A stretch of DNA of 64,000 nucleotides, from assembly GCA_963662465.1 (NCBI GenBank), contig OY759599.1:4288001-4352000 (forward strand), in the 5' to 3' direction. Position 1 is the stretch's first letter. Each line of letters starts with the position of its first letter. The translations under genes were made by a program, and so were the position numbers. The stretch is from Desulfatiglandales bacterium. Its GTDB lineage: Bacteria; Desulfobacterota; DSM-4660; Desulfatiglandales; Desulfatiglandaceae. The notes beneath the pieces were generated by a model. The model was not told the origin of the DNA. It ran no database searches and worked only from the letters and a program-made list of their open reading frames with translations. Of this stretch, positions 1 to 10,378 are shown one piece after another.

Positions 1-283
1 GGCCCTCACCAAAGAAAAAATTATTGATGATATTTATCATCAGGTCGGACTCAGCAAAAGCCAATCCAGAATTGCAGCAGAAGGGCTCCTTGAAATCATT
101 AAGGATACCCTGGAGAACGGAGAGGATCTTTTGATCAGCGGTTTCGGAAAATTTCTAGTGAAAGAAAAGTCATCACGGCGCGGCAGAAACCCACAGACCA
201 CGGAAGACCTGCAACTGAGGGCCAGAAGGGTCGTGGTATTCAAAACGTCGGGCGTTCTTCGAGATAAAATCAATGCGGGTTAG
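1..283 (+). CDS. ihfA: Integration host factor alpha-like subunit (ATG cut by window edge)
   Basis: Frame from nt 2 reads ALTKEKII...LLISGFGKFLVKEKSSRRGRNPQT...RRVVVFKTSGVLRDKINAG*, an HU/IHF signature; absent from the ORF track. Confidence 0.88.
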   Translation, partial: ALTKEKIIDDIYHQVGLSKSQSRIAAEGLLEIIKDTLENGEDLLISGFGKFLVKEKSSRRGRNPQTTEDLQLRARRVVVFKTSGVLRDKINAG

Positions 284-296
284 GGGAGGAAACATC

Positions 297-323
297 AGGG
301 CAGGCACGGGGGCCTGCCCCTAC
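297..323 (-). repeat. GTAG-type REP palindrome
   Basis: Minus strand GTAGGGGCAGGCCCCCGTGCCTGCCCT: GTAG tetranucleotide plus GGGCAGGC/GCCTGCCC stem, between convergent genes. Confidence 0.75.
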
Positions 324-646
324 AATAAAATTTTCAATATTTGGTATAATTCTGTTTTTATTTCTTCGATAACCGAATCCAGATCGGCTGTTTTGTCGGA
401 ACTCTCGCCCTTAAATCGAAGTCTGGCGCCTTCAATAGTCATCTTCTCATCATAAAGCAGCCGTTTAATTTCAACGAGGGTTTCTAAGTCTTGTTTCTGG
501 TAGGTTCTCTGATTGGAATCGGCCCTTTGAGGCCTGATTTGGGGAAATTCGCTCTCCCAGTACCGCAGGACATACGGCTCAACGCCTACAATACGACTCG
601 CCTCTCCAATACGGAAGTACTTTCTGTTTTCAGGAATCCGGACCAT
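320..646 (-). CDS. MerR-family transcriptional regulator (pheT/ihfA-associated type)
   Basis: YFRIGEASRIVGVEPYVLRYWESEFPQIRP MerR HTH; usual position after pheT. Confidence 0.9.
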   Translation of the reverse strand: MVRIPENRKYFRIGEASRIVGVEPYVLRYWESEFPQIRPQRADSNQRTYQKQDLETLVEIKRLLYDEKMTIEGARLRFKGESSDKTADLDSVIEEIKTELYQILKILL

Positions 647-652
647 ATTTTA

Positions 653-3067
653 TTAGCCCTCCCTTAATCTACCTCCTGTCTTCCGGCTGATTGTTTCGAC
701 AATCGATTCATGCAAACGATTTATCTCTTCACCATCAAGGGTCCCATGATCTGATCGAAAAGAAAGGTTAAAGGAGATGGCCTTTTCCGATGGATCAATC
801 CTTTCTCCCTCATAAAGGTCAAAAACATGGACGGATTCAAGAAGACTGCTCCCCTCTTCCCGGATAATATCCGCGATAACGGCACACGGGGTCCGGCGAT
901 CCAACACCAACGAGAGATCTCGATGAACAGCAGGAAACCTGCCAAAGGGAATAAACGTCCTTTTTTCAGGCAGAACAGCCAATAGCGCCGACACATCAAG
1001 TTCGAAAAGACAGACATGTTTCATTTTCAGGTCATAGGCCTCAATCGCCTTAGAAGAGGCAACGCCAACCTGACCAATACGCACATCCGCACAATAAATC
1101 CCGGACGAAACTTCCTCGTGATATCCCGGAAGATCCTTTCCCCATTCGAACCGAAACGCCTTAAGACCCAACCCCTTCAGCAGCGCCGTCACTGTTCCTT
1201 TGACATCATAAAAATCAACGGGCCGCTCTTCGTTATACCAGCGTTTTTCAGTGTTCATGCCGGTCATAATACCGGCCAGAAAGATTTTCTCAAGGGGTTG
1301 GAGATCGTTTTCCTTCTCAAAGAAAACCTTTCCCCATTCAAAAAGCTTAAGATTCCCTATTTCATGAAGGATATTGTACCTGGCCGCTTCCATAAGCCCC
1401 GGAATCAGGGAGGTCCGCAACACGGACTGATCCACGGTAAGCGGATTCATAATGGCGGTAAAAGATTTTAAGGACCCGGGTGCATCCCCAACAAGACCAT
1501 TGACGGAATCAGGAGAAACAAAGCTATAGGTGATGATTTCAGAAAAACAAAGTCCCGTCATCATGGTCCTGACGTTGTCGCGAAGTAAAAGGTCAGGGGA
1601 CTCCGCCCCTTCGGAAGGCCTGATTTTAGGTGAAATCACGGGGATATTATCGAACCCATGGAGTCTGGCCACCTCTTCCACCAGGTCCACTTCCCGCTTG
1701 ATATCCACCCTGAACGAAGGTGGGGTCACGCAAAAATCATGATTCGAATCTTCCTCAATCCTCATTTCAAGAGCATCAAAGTAACCTTTCATGGCCTTCT
1801 TTGGAATGGCGGTCCCCAGAATACCATTGGCTTTATCCGGTCGGAAAGAAATACAAGGCGCCGCATAAGGTTTAGGATAGTTGTCAATAATACCTGTTGC
1901 GGTTATCCCTCCCGCCAGCAGGTTTATCAAATAAAGAGCACGATTGAGGGCTGCCGGCACGCCGCCGATATCGGCGCCCCTTTCGAACCGATAGGAAGCT
2001 TCAGTGGTCAACCCCAGCCGTTTTGACCCTCGGCGAATGGTGATGGGATCGAAAAAGGCACTTTCCACCAGGATATTTCGGGTCCCATCATGAATTTCCG
2101 AGTTGAGCCCTCCCATAATGCCGGCCAACCCAACGGGCGCCCGGCCGTCGCAAATCAGCAGCATTTCCGGGTCCAGGTTCCGCTCCACCCCATCCAGGGT
2201 TGTGAAGCGCTCGCCTTCTTCCGCACGCCGAACTTCGATTCGATTCTCACCCAGCCTGTCATAATCGAAGGCATGAAGGGGTTGCCCCATTTCCAGCATC
2301 ACATAGTTGCTCACATCCACCAGGTTGCTGATACTTCGAACCCCGGACTGAAACAGCCGATAGCGCATCCAAAATGGCGCCGGCGCCAGAGAGACATTCT
2401 GGACAACCGCCGCGGCGTAACGGGGACACCCGTCCGGATCTTTGACGGAAATATTCGTCAGGCTCTCAATGGCAGGCCCCATGGCATCCACGCGGGCATC
2501 TACACTTTTAAGCGGTTTTCCCGTGTTGGCGGCAATCTCTCTGGCAATCCCCAAAACACTGGCACAATCGGGTCTGTTGGGGGTAATACTCACATCAAAA
2601 ACCCAATCGGGAAAGGACAGCAGTGAAGACAGGGAGTCCCCGGGTGTCGCACTTTCGGGAAGAATCATAACGCCTGCGTGATCATCGGTCAGACCCATTT
2701 CATCTTCCGCCAGGAGCATCCCCTTGGAAATTTCGCCCCGAATACGGCTTTCTTTCATTTTGCTGCCGTCCGGCAGTTTTCCACCCGGGAGGATCAGCGG
2801 CGCCAAAATCCCTTCGGCCACATTGGGCGCGCCGCAAACCACGGAAATGGTTTCCGTTCCGGTATCGACACGGCAGAGGGACAGGCGATCGGCATTGGGA
2901 TGGGGCATCACCTCGACAATCCCGGCCACCTGAACATCATCCAGGCATTGGCCCACGACCTCAATCCCTTCCACTTCCAGACCCGCCATGGTGAGAAGAT
3001 GGCCGAGTCTCTCGGGAGAAAGGTCAATATCAACGTACTCTTTCAACCAGTTTAAGCTTACCTTCAT
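653..3067 (-). CDS. pheT: Phenylalanine-tRNA ligase beta subunit
   Basis: 804 aa; MKVSLNWL start, ITPNRPDC, GQPLHAFD, RFERG, C-terminal anticodon-binding domain. Confidence 0.98.
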   Translation of the reverse strand: MKVSLNWLKEYVDIDLSPERLGHLLTMAGLEVEGIEVVGQCLDDVQVAGIVEVMPHPNADRLSLCRVDTGTETISVVCGAPNVAEGILAPLILPGGKLPDGSKMKESRIRGEISKGMLLAEDEMGLTDDHAGVMILPESATPGDSLSSLLSFPDWVFDVSITPNRPDCASVLGIAREIAANTGKPLKSVDARVDAMGPAIESLTNISVKDPDGCPRYAAAVVQNVSLAPAPFWMRYRLFQSGVRSISNLVDVSNYVMLEMGQPLHAFDYDRLGENRIEVRRAEEGERFTTLDGVERNLDPEMLLICDGRAPVGLAGIMGGLNSEIHDGTRNILVESAFFDPITIRRGSKRLGLTTEASYRFERGADIGGVPAALNRALYLINLLAGGITATGIIDNYPKPYAAPCISFRPDKANGILGTAIPKKAMKGYFDALEMRIEEDSNHDFCVTPPSFRVDIKREVDLVEEVARLHGFDNIPVISPKIRPSEGAESPDLLLRDNVRTMMTGLCFSEIITYSFVSPDSVNGLVGDAPGSLKSFTAIMNPLTVDQSVLRTSLIPGLMEAARYNILHEIGNLKLFEWGKVFFEKENDLQPLEKIFLAGIMTGMNTEKRWYNEERPVDFYDVKGTVTALLKGLGLKAFRFEWGKDLPGYHEEVSSGIYCADVRIGQVGVASSKAIEAYDLKMKHVCLFELDVSALLAVLPEKRTFIPFGRFPAVHRDLSLVLDRRTPCAVIADIIREEGSSLLESVHVFDLYEGERIDPSEKAISFNLSFRSDHGTLDGEEINRLHESIVETISRKTGGRLREG

Positions 3068-3085
3068 GGATTATACTCTGAAAAA

Positions 3086-3115
3086 AGCCGTTAGCGGTTA
3101 GCCATTAGCGGTTAG
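3086..3115. repeat. Short heptamer tandem repeat (TTAGCGG/TTAGCCA)
   Basis: agccg-ttagcgg-ttagcca-ttagcgg-ttag between pheS and pheT. Confidence 0.6.
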
Positions 3116-4119
3116 AATTGGTTTAAAAAACGCATATCATTCTTGAAGAACAGTTGAATATCATCAATCCCATATTTCAACATGGCAATTCGCTCAATGC
3201 CCATGCCAAAGGCAAAACCGCTGTATACATCGGGATCATAGCCTACAAAACCGTATACTTCCGGATCCACCATGCCGGAACCCAATATTTCCAGCCATCC
3301 CGTATGGGAACATGTCCGGCACCCTTTGCCCCCACACATAACACATCGGATATCCACCTCGGCGCTGGGTTCCGTAAACGGAAAAAAGCTGGGTCTGAAA
3401 CGCAGGCGCGTATCGCTGCCGAACATCTGGTGAATAAAATGGGTGAGGGTCCCCTTTAACTCAGCAAAACAAACATTGTGATCCACCAGCAGCCCCTCGA
3501 CCTGATGGAACATGGGCGTATGGGACACATCCGAATCACGTCGGTATACTTTTCCCGGCGCAATAACACTGACAGGGGGCTGCTGGGTTTCCATAACGCG
3601 AACCTGAATCGGGGACGTATGGGTTCTTAAAACCACGTTTTCGGATATATAAAACGTATCCTGCATATCCCTTGCCGGGTGGTCTTTGGGCAGGTTCAGC
3701 GCCTCAAAATTGTAATAGTCCAACTCAACATTGGGACCTTTAACCACCCGGAATCCCATCCGTGAAAAAATTCGGCACACCTCTTTGATCACCAGGGTTA
3801 TGGGATGCAGATGCCCATAAAGGGGCTCTCTGCCAGGCAGGGTCACATCGACAAAAGAGGATTCTTCGCCATTTCGGGCTTCCAGAAAAGTTTTAGTCTC
3901 CTGGAACCGGCGAGACAGATTTACCTTGATCTGATTTGCCAGTTTTCCAACTTCAGGACGTTCTTCACGGCTAAGTCCACCCAGACTTTTCATCATGGAT
4001 GTCAGGGCGCCTTTTTTCCCCAGGTATTTGATCCGAAACGGCTCAAGCGCGGACGGATCAACAATGGCCCCAATTTCATCATTGGCGCGTTTTTCCAGTT
4101 CCAGAAGTTGATCTTTCAT
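3112..4119 (-). CDS. pheS: Phenylalanine-tRNA ligase alpha subunit
   Basis: [41 protein letters not shown]. Confidence 0.98.
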   Translation of the reverse strand: MKDQLLELEKRANDEIGAIVDPSALEPFRIKYLGKKGALTSMMKSLGGLSREERPEVGKLANQIKVNLSRRFQETKTFLEARNGEESSFVDVTLPGREPLYGHLHPITLVIKEVCRIFSRMGFRVVKGPNVELDYYNFEALNLPKDHPARDMQDTFYISENVVLRTHTSPIQVRVMETQQPPVSVIAPGKVYRRDSDVSHTPMFHQVEGLLVDHNVCFAELKGTLTHFIHQMFGSDTRLRFRPSFFPFTEPSAEVDIRCVMCGGKGCRTCSHTGWLEILGSGMVDPEVYGFVGYDPDVYSGFAFGMGIERIAMLKYGIDDIQLFFKNDMRFLNQF

Positions 4120-4139
4120 GGCCTTATCCGTTACGTCCG

Positions 4140-4484
4140 TTACGCAGCCATTCCGGCTACCTTGGCAAACCCCGCCGGATCATTAACCGCCATATCCGCC
4201 AGCACCTTTCGATCCAGAAGAATGCCCGCCTTATTAAGCGCACCCATCAACCGGCTGTAGGAAAGTCCATGGGCACGGGCTGCCGCATTGATCCTGATAA
4301 TCCACAACTTTCGAAATTCACGTTTTCGGACTCTGCGGTCGCGGTATTCATACACCCCGGCCCGCATTACGGCGCTTTCAGCAGTCCTATACTGCTTACT
4401 GTGCCCGCCCCGAAATCCCTTTGCCGCCTTCAATACTTTGTTTCGTCTTCTTCTGGCTTTAAAGCCTCTCTTAACCCTTGGCAT
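4140..4484 (-). CDS. rplT: 50S ribosomal protein L20
   Basis: MPRVKRG...[18 protein letters not shown]...[10 protein letters not shown]. Confidence 0.98.
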   Translation of the reverse strand: MPRVKRGFKARRRRNKVLKAAKGFRGGHSKQYRTAESAVMRAGVYEYRDRRVRKREFRKLWIIRINAAARAHGLSYSRLMGALNKAGILLDRKVLADMAVNDPAGFAKVAGMAA

Positions 4485-4539
4485 GGCAATACCTCTTTGT
4501 TGCAATTATTCATTCAAAAATTCGTATGGAAAGCAAAGA

Positions 4540-4737
4540 CTAGCGATACGGAATCATCCTCTGAACATTTCTCAGATTCGCTGAATCCAGCAAACCTGAC
4601 TTTCGAAGGTTCCGCTTCCTCTTGGTACTTTTTTTGGTGAGAATATGACTCGAAAAGGCCTTGTTCCTCACAATTTTGCCCGAACCGGTGGTTCTAAACC
4701 GCTTGGCCGCTCCGCGGTTGGTCTTCATTTTCGGCAT
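4540..4737 (-). CDS. rpmI: 50S ribosomal protein L35
   Basis: [21 protein letters not shown]...[16 protein letters not shown]. Confidence 0.98.
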   Translation of the reverse strand: MPKMKTNRGAAKRFRTTGSGKIVRNKAFSSHILTKKSTKRKRNLRKSGLLDSANLRNVQRMIPYR

Positions 4738-4780
4738 TACCTACCTCCATCACTGCATACGGTCCTTAAAAGGAAAAACA

Positions 4781-4808
4781 GCAGAGACAAGGCATGCCTT
4801 GTCTCTAC
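4781..4808 (-). repeat. GTAG-type REP palindrome
   Basis: Minus strand GTAGAGACAAGGCATGCCTTGTCTCTGC, near-perfect palindrome in the infC-rpmI spacer. Confidence 0.75.
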
Positions 4809-4844
4809 GGTGCAAAACCCAAAAGGACCTAAATTGTCGGTTTG

Positions 4845-5363
4845 TTATTTTGGAACAATGACCATGGTCATTCGGTTCCGGGCCTCCCTGGCAGGAGGCT
4901 GGTCTACAGTTCCGACATCCGAAACATCTTCAGCCACCCGTTTCAAAAGGTCATCTCCGGCTTTCATAAACGCCATCTCCCGCCCACGGAAAAAGACGCT
5001 CACTTTCACCCGGTGTTTCTTTTCCAGAAATTTTTTCAGGTTTTTGACCTTGAATCCAAGATCGTGATCTTCAGTATGAGGCCTCAGCTTAATTTCCTTC
5101 ATCTGGCCTCCCTTGGTTTTCTTGCGCGCCTCCTGGACCTTCTTGCTTGCCTCGTACCGGAACTTACCGTAATCCATTACGCGACAAACCGGTGGTTCAG
5201 AATTCGGCGCCACCTCAACCAGATCCAATCCTTCAGTTTTAGCCTGGATCAAGGCGTCCTCAAGGGTCAAAATACCCAGCTGCTCTCCTTCGGCGGAGAT
5301 CAGCCTCACCTGCCTGGTGTGGATCTTCTCATTGATCCTTACGTCGTCAGATTTTTTTCTTAT
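4845..5363 (-). CDS. infC: Translation initiation factor IF-3 (probable ATA start; alternative ATG at 5369)
   Basis: RINEKI...[25 protein letters not shown]...KEIKLRP...FRGRE. Confidence 0.97.
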   Translation of the reverse strand: MRKKSDDVRINEKIHTRQVRLISAEGEQLGILTLEDALIQAKTEGLDLVEVAPNSEPPVCRVMDYGKFRYEASKKVQEARKKTKGGQMKEIKLRPHTEDHDLGFKVKNLKKFLEKKHRVKVSVFFRGREMAFMKAGDDLLKRVAEDVSDVGTVDQPPAREARNRMTMVIVPK

Positions 5364-7282
5364 TGCCATTCCCTCCTCTGTATACACTCCTTGGTAATCA
5401 GGTCAATAAACTCACTCGCACCCATCAATGAAAGATTTTGACCATTCCTTTTTCTTGGGGTTACACCGTTATTATCGCATTCTTTGTCCCCAATAATCAA
5501 CATATAAGGAATCTTTCTTACCTGGGCCTCCCTGACCTTGAGGCCCAACTTCTCATTTCTGAAATCGGACGTAACGCGAATACCCGCCGAAACCAGGTCC
5601 TTGGCCAGCTTTTCACCAAACGGAATATTTCGGTCGGTTACCGTAAGAATAGCCGCCTGCACAGGAGCCAACCAGGTGGGAAAAGCACCGGCATAATGCT
5701 CTATCAGCACACCAATAAAGCGCTCAATCGCACCAAGTATCACCCGATGAATCATAACAGGCCGATGTTTTTCACCATCTTTACCAATAAAGGCAAGGTC
5801 AAACTTTTCAGGAAGCGTAAAGTCACATTGGATCGTCGCACATTGCCACTTCCGACCCAGTGCATCTTCAAGCTTGACATCGATCTTGGGGCCATAAAAG
5901 GCGCCATCGCCTTCATTAATCTCATACTTCAATTGAAGCTCATCCATGGCTTTGATCAGGGCCTGGGTCGCCAGTTCCCAATCCTCATCGGAACCAATGG
6001 ATTTTTTGGGGCGCGTACTGATCTCCAGTTCATAATCGAACTGAAAAATCCCCATCACTTCCCTGACAAAATCAAGGACGCCTTTGATCTCGTTATTGAG
6101 CTGTTCAGGCGTACAGATGATGTGAGCATCATCCTGAGTAAATTCCCGCACTCGAAAAAGACCGCGTAAAACCCCTGATCGTTCGTGCCGGTGAACCGTC
6201 CCCAATTCAAAATAACGCTTGGGCAGGTCACGGTAACTCCTGATTTTGGAACCGTAAATCAGCATGTGAGCGAGACAATTCATCGGTTTCATGCCATAAG
6301 ATTGCCCGTCAATTTCAGTAAAGTACATATTCTCGCGGTAATTGTCAAAATGGCCGGATTTTTTCCATAAATCCGTCTTCAGGACCTCCGGGCCTCTCAC
6401 CAGCTCATACCCTCGCTTGAGATGTTCCGAAATCTCGAAACTCTCCAGAAGGTGACGCAACATGGCGCCGTTGGGATGCCAAACCACCATTCCCGCACCC
6501 ACCTCTTCATAGGTGCTGAAAAGTTCCAGCTGAGTCCCCAATTTCACATGGTTCCGCTTTCGGGCCTCTTCCAACATATGAAGATGCTTTTTCAATTGTT
6601 TTGTGTCTGAAAATCCAACGCCGTAGATGCGGCTCAACATGGGTCGATGCTCATCGCCCCGCCAGTACGCCCCGGCGACCTTGGTCAGATGAAAGGCCTT
6701 GATCATGCCCGTGGAAGGAAGATGCGGTCCTCGACACAGATCCGTAAAACTCCCCTGAGTATAAAGGGACACCCTTTCCACCCCAAGGTCTTCAATAATT
6801 TCGACTTTGTAATCCTCACCCTGCCCAGTGAAGAATGCTACGGCTTCAGGACTATCCATCTCTTTCCGGGTAAAAGGAAGATCTGCTTGGATAATCTCAT
6901 TCATCTTCTCTTCAACACGGGGAAGGTCATCTTCTCTGAAAGGCCGTTTGTAATCAAAATCGTAGTAAAAGCCATATTTTATGGAAGGCCCAATGGTTAC
7001 TTTCACACCGGGGAACAGTTCCTTAACAGCCATCGCCATCACATGTGAAGTGCTGTGCCGAAGAATTTCCAAACCCTCGTCGGAATGCAGGTAAATGGGT
7101 TCCAGTGCCGAGTTCTGATCTATCTCAGTCGAAAGATCGCAAGGGATGCCGTTCACCTTCACCGCCGTCACCCGGTCCAACCCACCCACTTTCAGGTATT
7201 CCAACGCCCCCAGAGCCGACAGGGTTTCCGCCTCCACCTGTTCAACAGCCTTACCTTTTATACCAACAGAATATACCTTCAT
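5360..7282 (-). CDS. thrS: Threonine-tRNA ligase
   Basis: [41 protein letters not shown]; start trimmed to M76 of the ORF (M72 at 7294 possible). Confidence 0.98.
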   Translation of the reverse strand: MKVYSVGIKGKAVEQVEAETLSALGALEYLKVGGLDRVTAVKVNGIPCDLSTEIDQNSALEPIYLHSDEGLEILRHSTSHVMAMAVKELFPGVKVTIGPSIKYGFYYDFDYKRPFREDDLPRVEEKMNEIIQADLPFTRKEMDSPEAVAFFTGQGEDYKVEIIEDLGVERVSLYTQGSFTDLCRGPHLPSTGMIKAFHLTKVAGAYWRGDEHRPMLSRIYGVGFSDTKQLKKHLHMLEEARKRNHVKLGTQLELFSTYEEVGAGMVVWHPNGAMLRHLLESFEISEHLKRGYELVRGPEVLKTDLWKKSGHFDNYRENMYFTEIDGQSYGMKPMNCLAHMLIYGSKIRSYRDLPKRYFELGTVHRHERSGVLRGLFRVREFTQDDAHIICTPEQLNNEIKGVLDFVREVMGIFQFDYELEISTRPKKSIGSDEDWELATQALIKAMDELQLKYEINEGDGAFYGPKIDVKLEDALGRKWQCATIQCDFTLPEKFDLAFIGKDGEKHRPVMIHRVILGAIERFIGVLIEHYAGAFPTWLAPVQAAILTVTDRNIPFGEKLAKDLVSAGIRVTSDFRNEKLGLKVREAQVRKIPYMLIIGDKECDNNGVTPRKRNGQNLSLMGASEFIDLITKECIQRREWQ

Positions 7283-7566
7283 TACAATAACCATCAAAGA
7301 AAATAAGGCGTCTGACTGAAGGACAAATGCAGCCAAGCCTGAAAATATCCAGACTTTATAAACAATAACATTATGAAATGCAAGCAAAAAATATCCAACA
7401 ACCGGACCCTCATTCAGGACCAACGCTGTGCCGTCTAAAATCAGAACAACCCTCATCAGAGAACTCATTTTTTCAAGACAATGAAAAAGTTCGTTGAAAA
7501 ATATCATTAAAAAAACTAGGCTCCACTATATTCCGGTTCTCCGGATGCGAATAACGAGAGGTCAAA

Positions 7567-8505
7567 ATGGTCCGATACGCTTTACGGCTTATCACCGCCG
7601 CCCCAAAAACAGTCCCACTGACCTTTTTTTTCTTCATGGCAAGCCTTTTTTTTCTTCAGGGGCAACCGCCAACCGCCAGGACGGTAGAGGACGAACTGGG
7701 CCGGAAGATGAGCGTGCCGGATAGCCTTAAACGGGTTGTTTCCCTGGCGCCCAGCATTACCGAAATCGTCTTTGCCCTGGGAAAGGAGAATCTTTTGAAA
7801 GGGGTCACGCGGTTCAGCGATTTTCCGGCAGCAGCAGAAAAGTTACCCCGTGTAGGCTCCTATGTTCACCTGGATCTTGAAAAAATCGTGGCCCTGAAAC
7901 CGGATCTTTGCATCGGCATAAAGGATGGAAACCCCATTGCGGTGGTCAGGAAACTGGAAAGATTGGGCATACCCGTTTATGCCGTGGACCCCAAAAACCT
8001 CGAAGCCATTCTTGAAACCATTATTCAACTGGGCCATCTCCTCGGCGCCGATCAAAAGGCACACGCTATCGTTTCCAAAGTGAGGGCCCGGGTGGAACGG
8101 GTAAAATCCATGGTGGCCGTATCGCCCCGCAAACCCCGTGTGTTTTTTCAGATCGGCGTCTCACCCATTGTTTCCGCGGGCACCCAAACCTATATTCATG
8201 AATTGATCGTCATGGCCGGCGGCAAAAATCTTTCAGAAGGCCCCGTCGCCTATCCAAGGTACAGCCGCGAACAGGTGCTGGGCCTTTCCCCTGAAGTATT
8301 GATTATCACCTCCATGGCCAGGGGCGCCAGCTTCGAACGGGTCAAAGAGCAATGGCGCAAATGGCCGTCAATACCCGCTGTTCGAGACAACCGCATCCTG
8401 CTTCTGGACTCCAATCTCTGCGACCGACCAACACCCAGGTTTGTTGACGCTCTGGAACGTCTTGCCGAAGCGATTCACCCGGAACTCTACAGGAAAAAAC
8501 CGTGA
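7567..8505 (+). CDS. Cobalamin/iron-siderophore ABC transporter substrate-binding protein (BtuF-like)
   Basis: RVVSLAPSITEIVFALG, LEKIVALKPDL, RPTPR; N-terminal signal region. Confidence 0.88.
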   Translation: MVRYALRLITAAPKTVPLTFFFFMASLFFLQGQPPTARTVEDELGRKMSVPDSLKRVVSLAPSITEIVFALGKENLLKGVTRFSDFPAAAEKLPRVGSYVHLDLEKIVALKPDLCIGIKDGNPIAVVRKLERLGIPVYAVDPKNLEAILETIIQLGHLLGADQKAHAIVSKVRARVERVKSMVAVSPRKPRVFFQIGVSPIVSAGTQTYIHELIVMAGGKNLSEGPVAYPRYSREQVLGLSPEVLIITSMARGASFERVKEQWRKWPSIPAVRDNRILLLDSNLCDRPTPRFVDALERLAEAIHPELYRKKP

Positions 8506-9509
8506 AGGCCCAAAGACCGACCATTTTAAGACGCATATGGATCATCTCAATGCTGCTGTTTTTACTCCTTGCCGCAACCATGGTTCTGGGGATCTCCCTG
8601 GGCTCTACCGGCAGCAATATCAAACAGACCTTATGGTCTCTGATGGGCATCGAAAAAGCAGACGCCATGCTGGAGACCATCATCTGGCGCATCCGCCTGC
8701 CCCGGGTATTTCTGGCAACACTGGTGGGCGCGGCCCTCTCCCTGGGGGGTCTGGTTTTTCAGGCCCTGCTTCGGAATCCCTTAGCTGAACCCTATATCCT
8801 GGGCATTTCAAGCGGATCGGGCATCGGCGCCATTATCGGCATCCTGATCGGGCTATCCCCTTTTCCCGGCGTCAGCGTCGCAGCTTTCGCCGGAAGCATG
8901 GTTACCCTGTTGCTTCTCCTGTTCATGACCTCCGGGAAAACCATGCTGAAAAAAAACATCCTTCTGCTATCGGGGGTCATGGTCAATTCTTTTTGCGCGG
9001 CGTTTATCATGTTTCTCATATCCATCACCCAGGACGACCGCCTTCATAACATCATATTCTGGCTCATGGGGGATCTGTCCATGGCGGATCTTCCACAGGT
9101 CTGGCTGCTGACCGCGGTGGTGGTTCCCTGTGCCATTCTAATTTTCTGTCTTTCAAATGCCATGAACCTTTTCCTCATGGGCAAGGAGCTAGCCCAGACC
9201 ATGGGGGTCAACACCAAAGTCATCACCGCAACCCTTCTGGTAGCCACTTCCATCATGGTCAGCGCAACGGTGGCGGCCTGCGGACCCATCGGCTTTGTGG
9301 GGCTGGTGATTCCCCATTTGCTGAGACTTGTCATGGGGCCGGACCACCGGGTGCTGGTTCCCGCCTGTCTGCTGGGAGGCGGCGCCTACGTGGTACTTTG
9401 CGATATTCTGGCCAGGACCCTGCCGGAACAGGGAGAAATGCCCGCGGGCGTCATCACCGCCATGATCGGCGCACCCCTTTTTATCATATTGCTCAAAAAA
9501 TCAGGATAA
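8502..9509 (+). CDS. FecCD/BtuC-family ABC permease
   Basis: RLPR, QALLRNPLAEPYILGISSG, GPIGFVGLVIPH. Confidence 0.93.
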   Translation: MKAQRPTILRRIWIISMLLFLLLAATMVLGISLGSTGSNIKQTLWSLMGIEKADAMLETIIWRIRLPRVFLATLVGAALSLGGLVFQALLRNPLAEPYILGISSGSGIGAIIGILIGLSPFPGVSVAAFAGSMVTLLLLLFMTSGKTMLKKNILLLSGVMVNSFCAAFIMFLISITQDDRLHNIIFWLMGDLSMADLPQVWLLTAVVVPCAILIFCLSNAMNLFLMGKELAQTMGVNTKVITATLLVATSIMVSATVAACGPIGFVGLVIPHLLRLVMGPDHRVLVPACLLGGGAYVVLCDILARTLPEQGEMPAGVITAMIGAPLFIILLKKSG

Positions 9510-10378
9510 TGAAATCATCTATTCACGCCACTTCCTTGAACGCATCATACGGAAACCGATCGGTTCTCGAGGACCTTTCCTTTTCCATTCCAAAAGGGGA
9601 ATTTTTCATTATTATCGGTCCCAATGGTTCGGGTAAAACCACCCTGCTGAAAATCATGGCCGCCCTCACGCCATTCCAGGGAGGCCGACTGGAAATTCTG
9701 GACGTCCCGATAAACCAATACTCCCGGAAATCGCTGGCGAGAATCATGGCCCTGGTGCCTCAAAGTGTTCCCGAAGATCTTCCATTCACCGTCGGAGAAC
9801 TGGTCCTCATGGCCCGAGCACCCCGCATGGGCCTGTTGGGACTGGAAGGTGAGCAGGACATTCAGATGGCTGAAGAGGCCATGACGTTCACCGGGGTTGA
9901 ATCCATGGCCGAGCGGAAAATGGGCCGGCTGAGCGGGGGTGAACGTCAACGGGCCTTTATCGCCAGAGCCATCTGCCAGGAACCGCAAATCATTCTTCTC
10001 GATGAACCCACGGCGGCCCTGGACCTGGCCCATCAGGTGCGGGTCATGGATTTGATGGAAAGGCTGAGAGTGGGAAAAAACCTCACCATTGTGATGGTAT
10101 CTCACGACATCAATCTGGCCGCCATGTACGGGAACCGCCTCATGCTCCTGAAAAAAGGACGCATTATAAAAATGGGCGCCCCGTCGGAAGTCCTCACTTT
10201 TGAGACCCTGGAAGAGGCTTACGAATGTCCGCTCCTGGTGGATAAAAGCCCCCTGGGAAATTTCCAGCGGGTGACCCTGGTGCCCGAAAAATTCATTGAT
10301 CCGGAATTACAGGCGGGCATTACGGATCAAGATGATGCCCCAGGGGCTTCGCATCCGTTCTCCCGCAGGTTGCCATAA
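9509..10378 (+). CDS. BtuD/FepC-family ABC ATP-binding protein
   Basis: GPNGSGKT, LSGGERQR, LLDEPT, SHD; ATG overlaps the permease stop (TAATG). Confidence 0.93.
   Translation: MKSSIHATSLNASYGNRSVLEDLSFSIPKGEFFIIIGPNGSGKTTLLKIMAALTPFQGGRLEILDVPINQYSRKSLARIMALVPQSVPEDLPFTVGELVLMARAPRMGLLGLEGEQDIQMAEEAMTFTGVESMAERKMGRLSGGERQRAFIARAICQEPQIILLDEPTAALDLAHQVRVMDLMERLRVGKNLTIVMVSHDINLAAMYGNRLMLLKKGRIIKMGAPSEVLTFETLEEAYECPLLVDKSPLGNFQRVTLVPEKFIDPELQAGITDQDDAPGASHPFSRRLP

Noticed and set aside
7283..7507. 75-aa N-terminal extension of thrS in the ORF track
   Set aside because: No ThrRS similarity; it spans the divergent promoter region
7290..7566. Cobalamin riboswitch upstream of the BtuFCD-like operon
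   Set aside because: No GGGAA...GCCACTG/B12-box core visible; transporter substrate remains uncertain
10327..10378. Convergent 3' overlaps (btuD-like/aroF; also ilvA/putA at 44700-44739)
   Set aside because: Short tail overlaps are common and imply no special function
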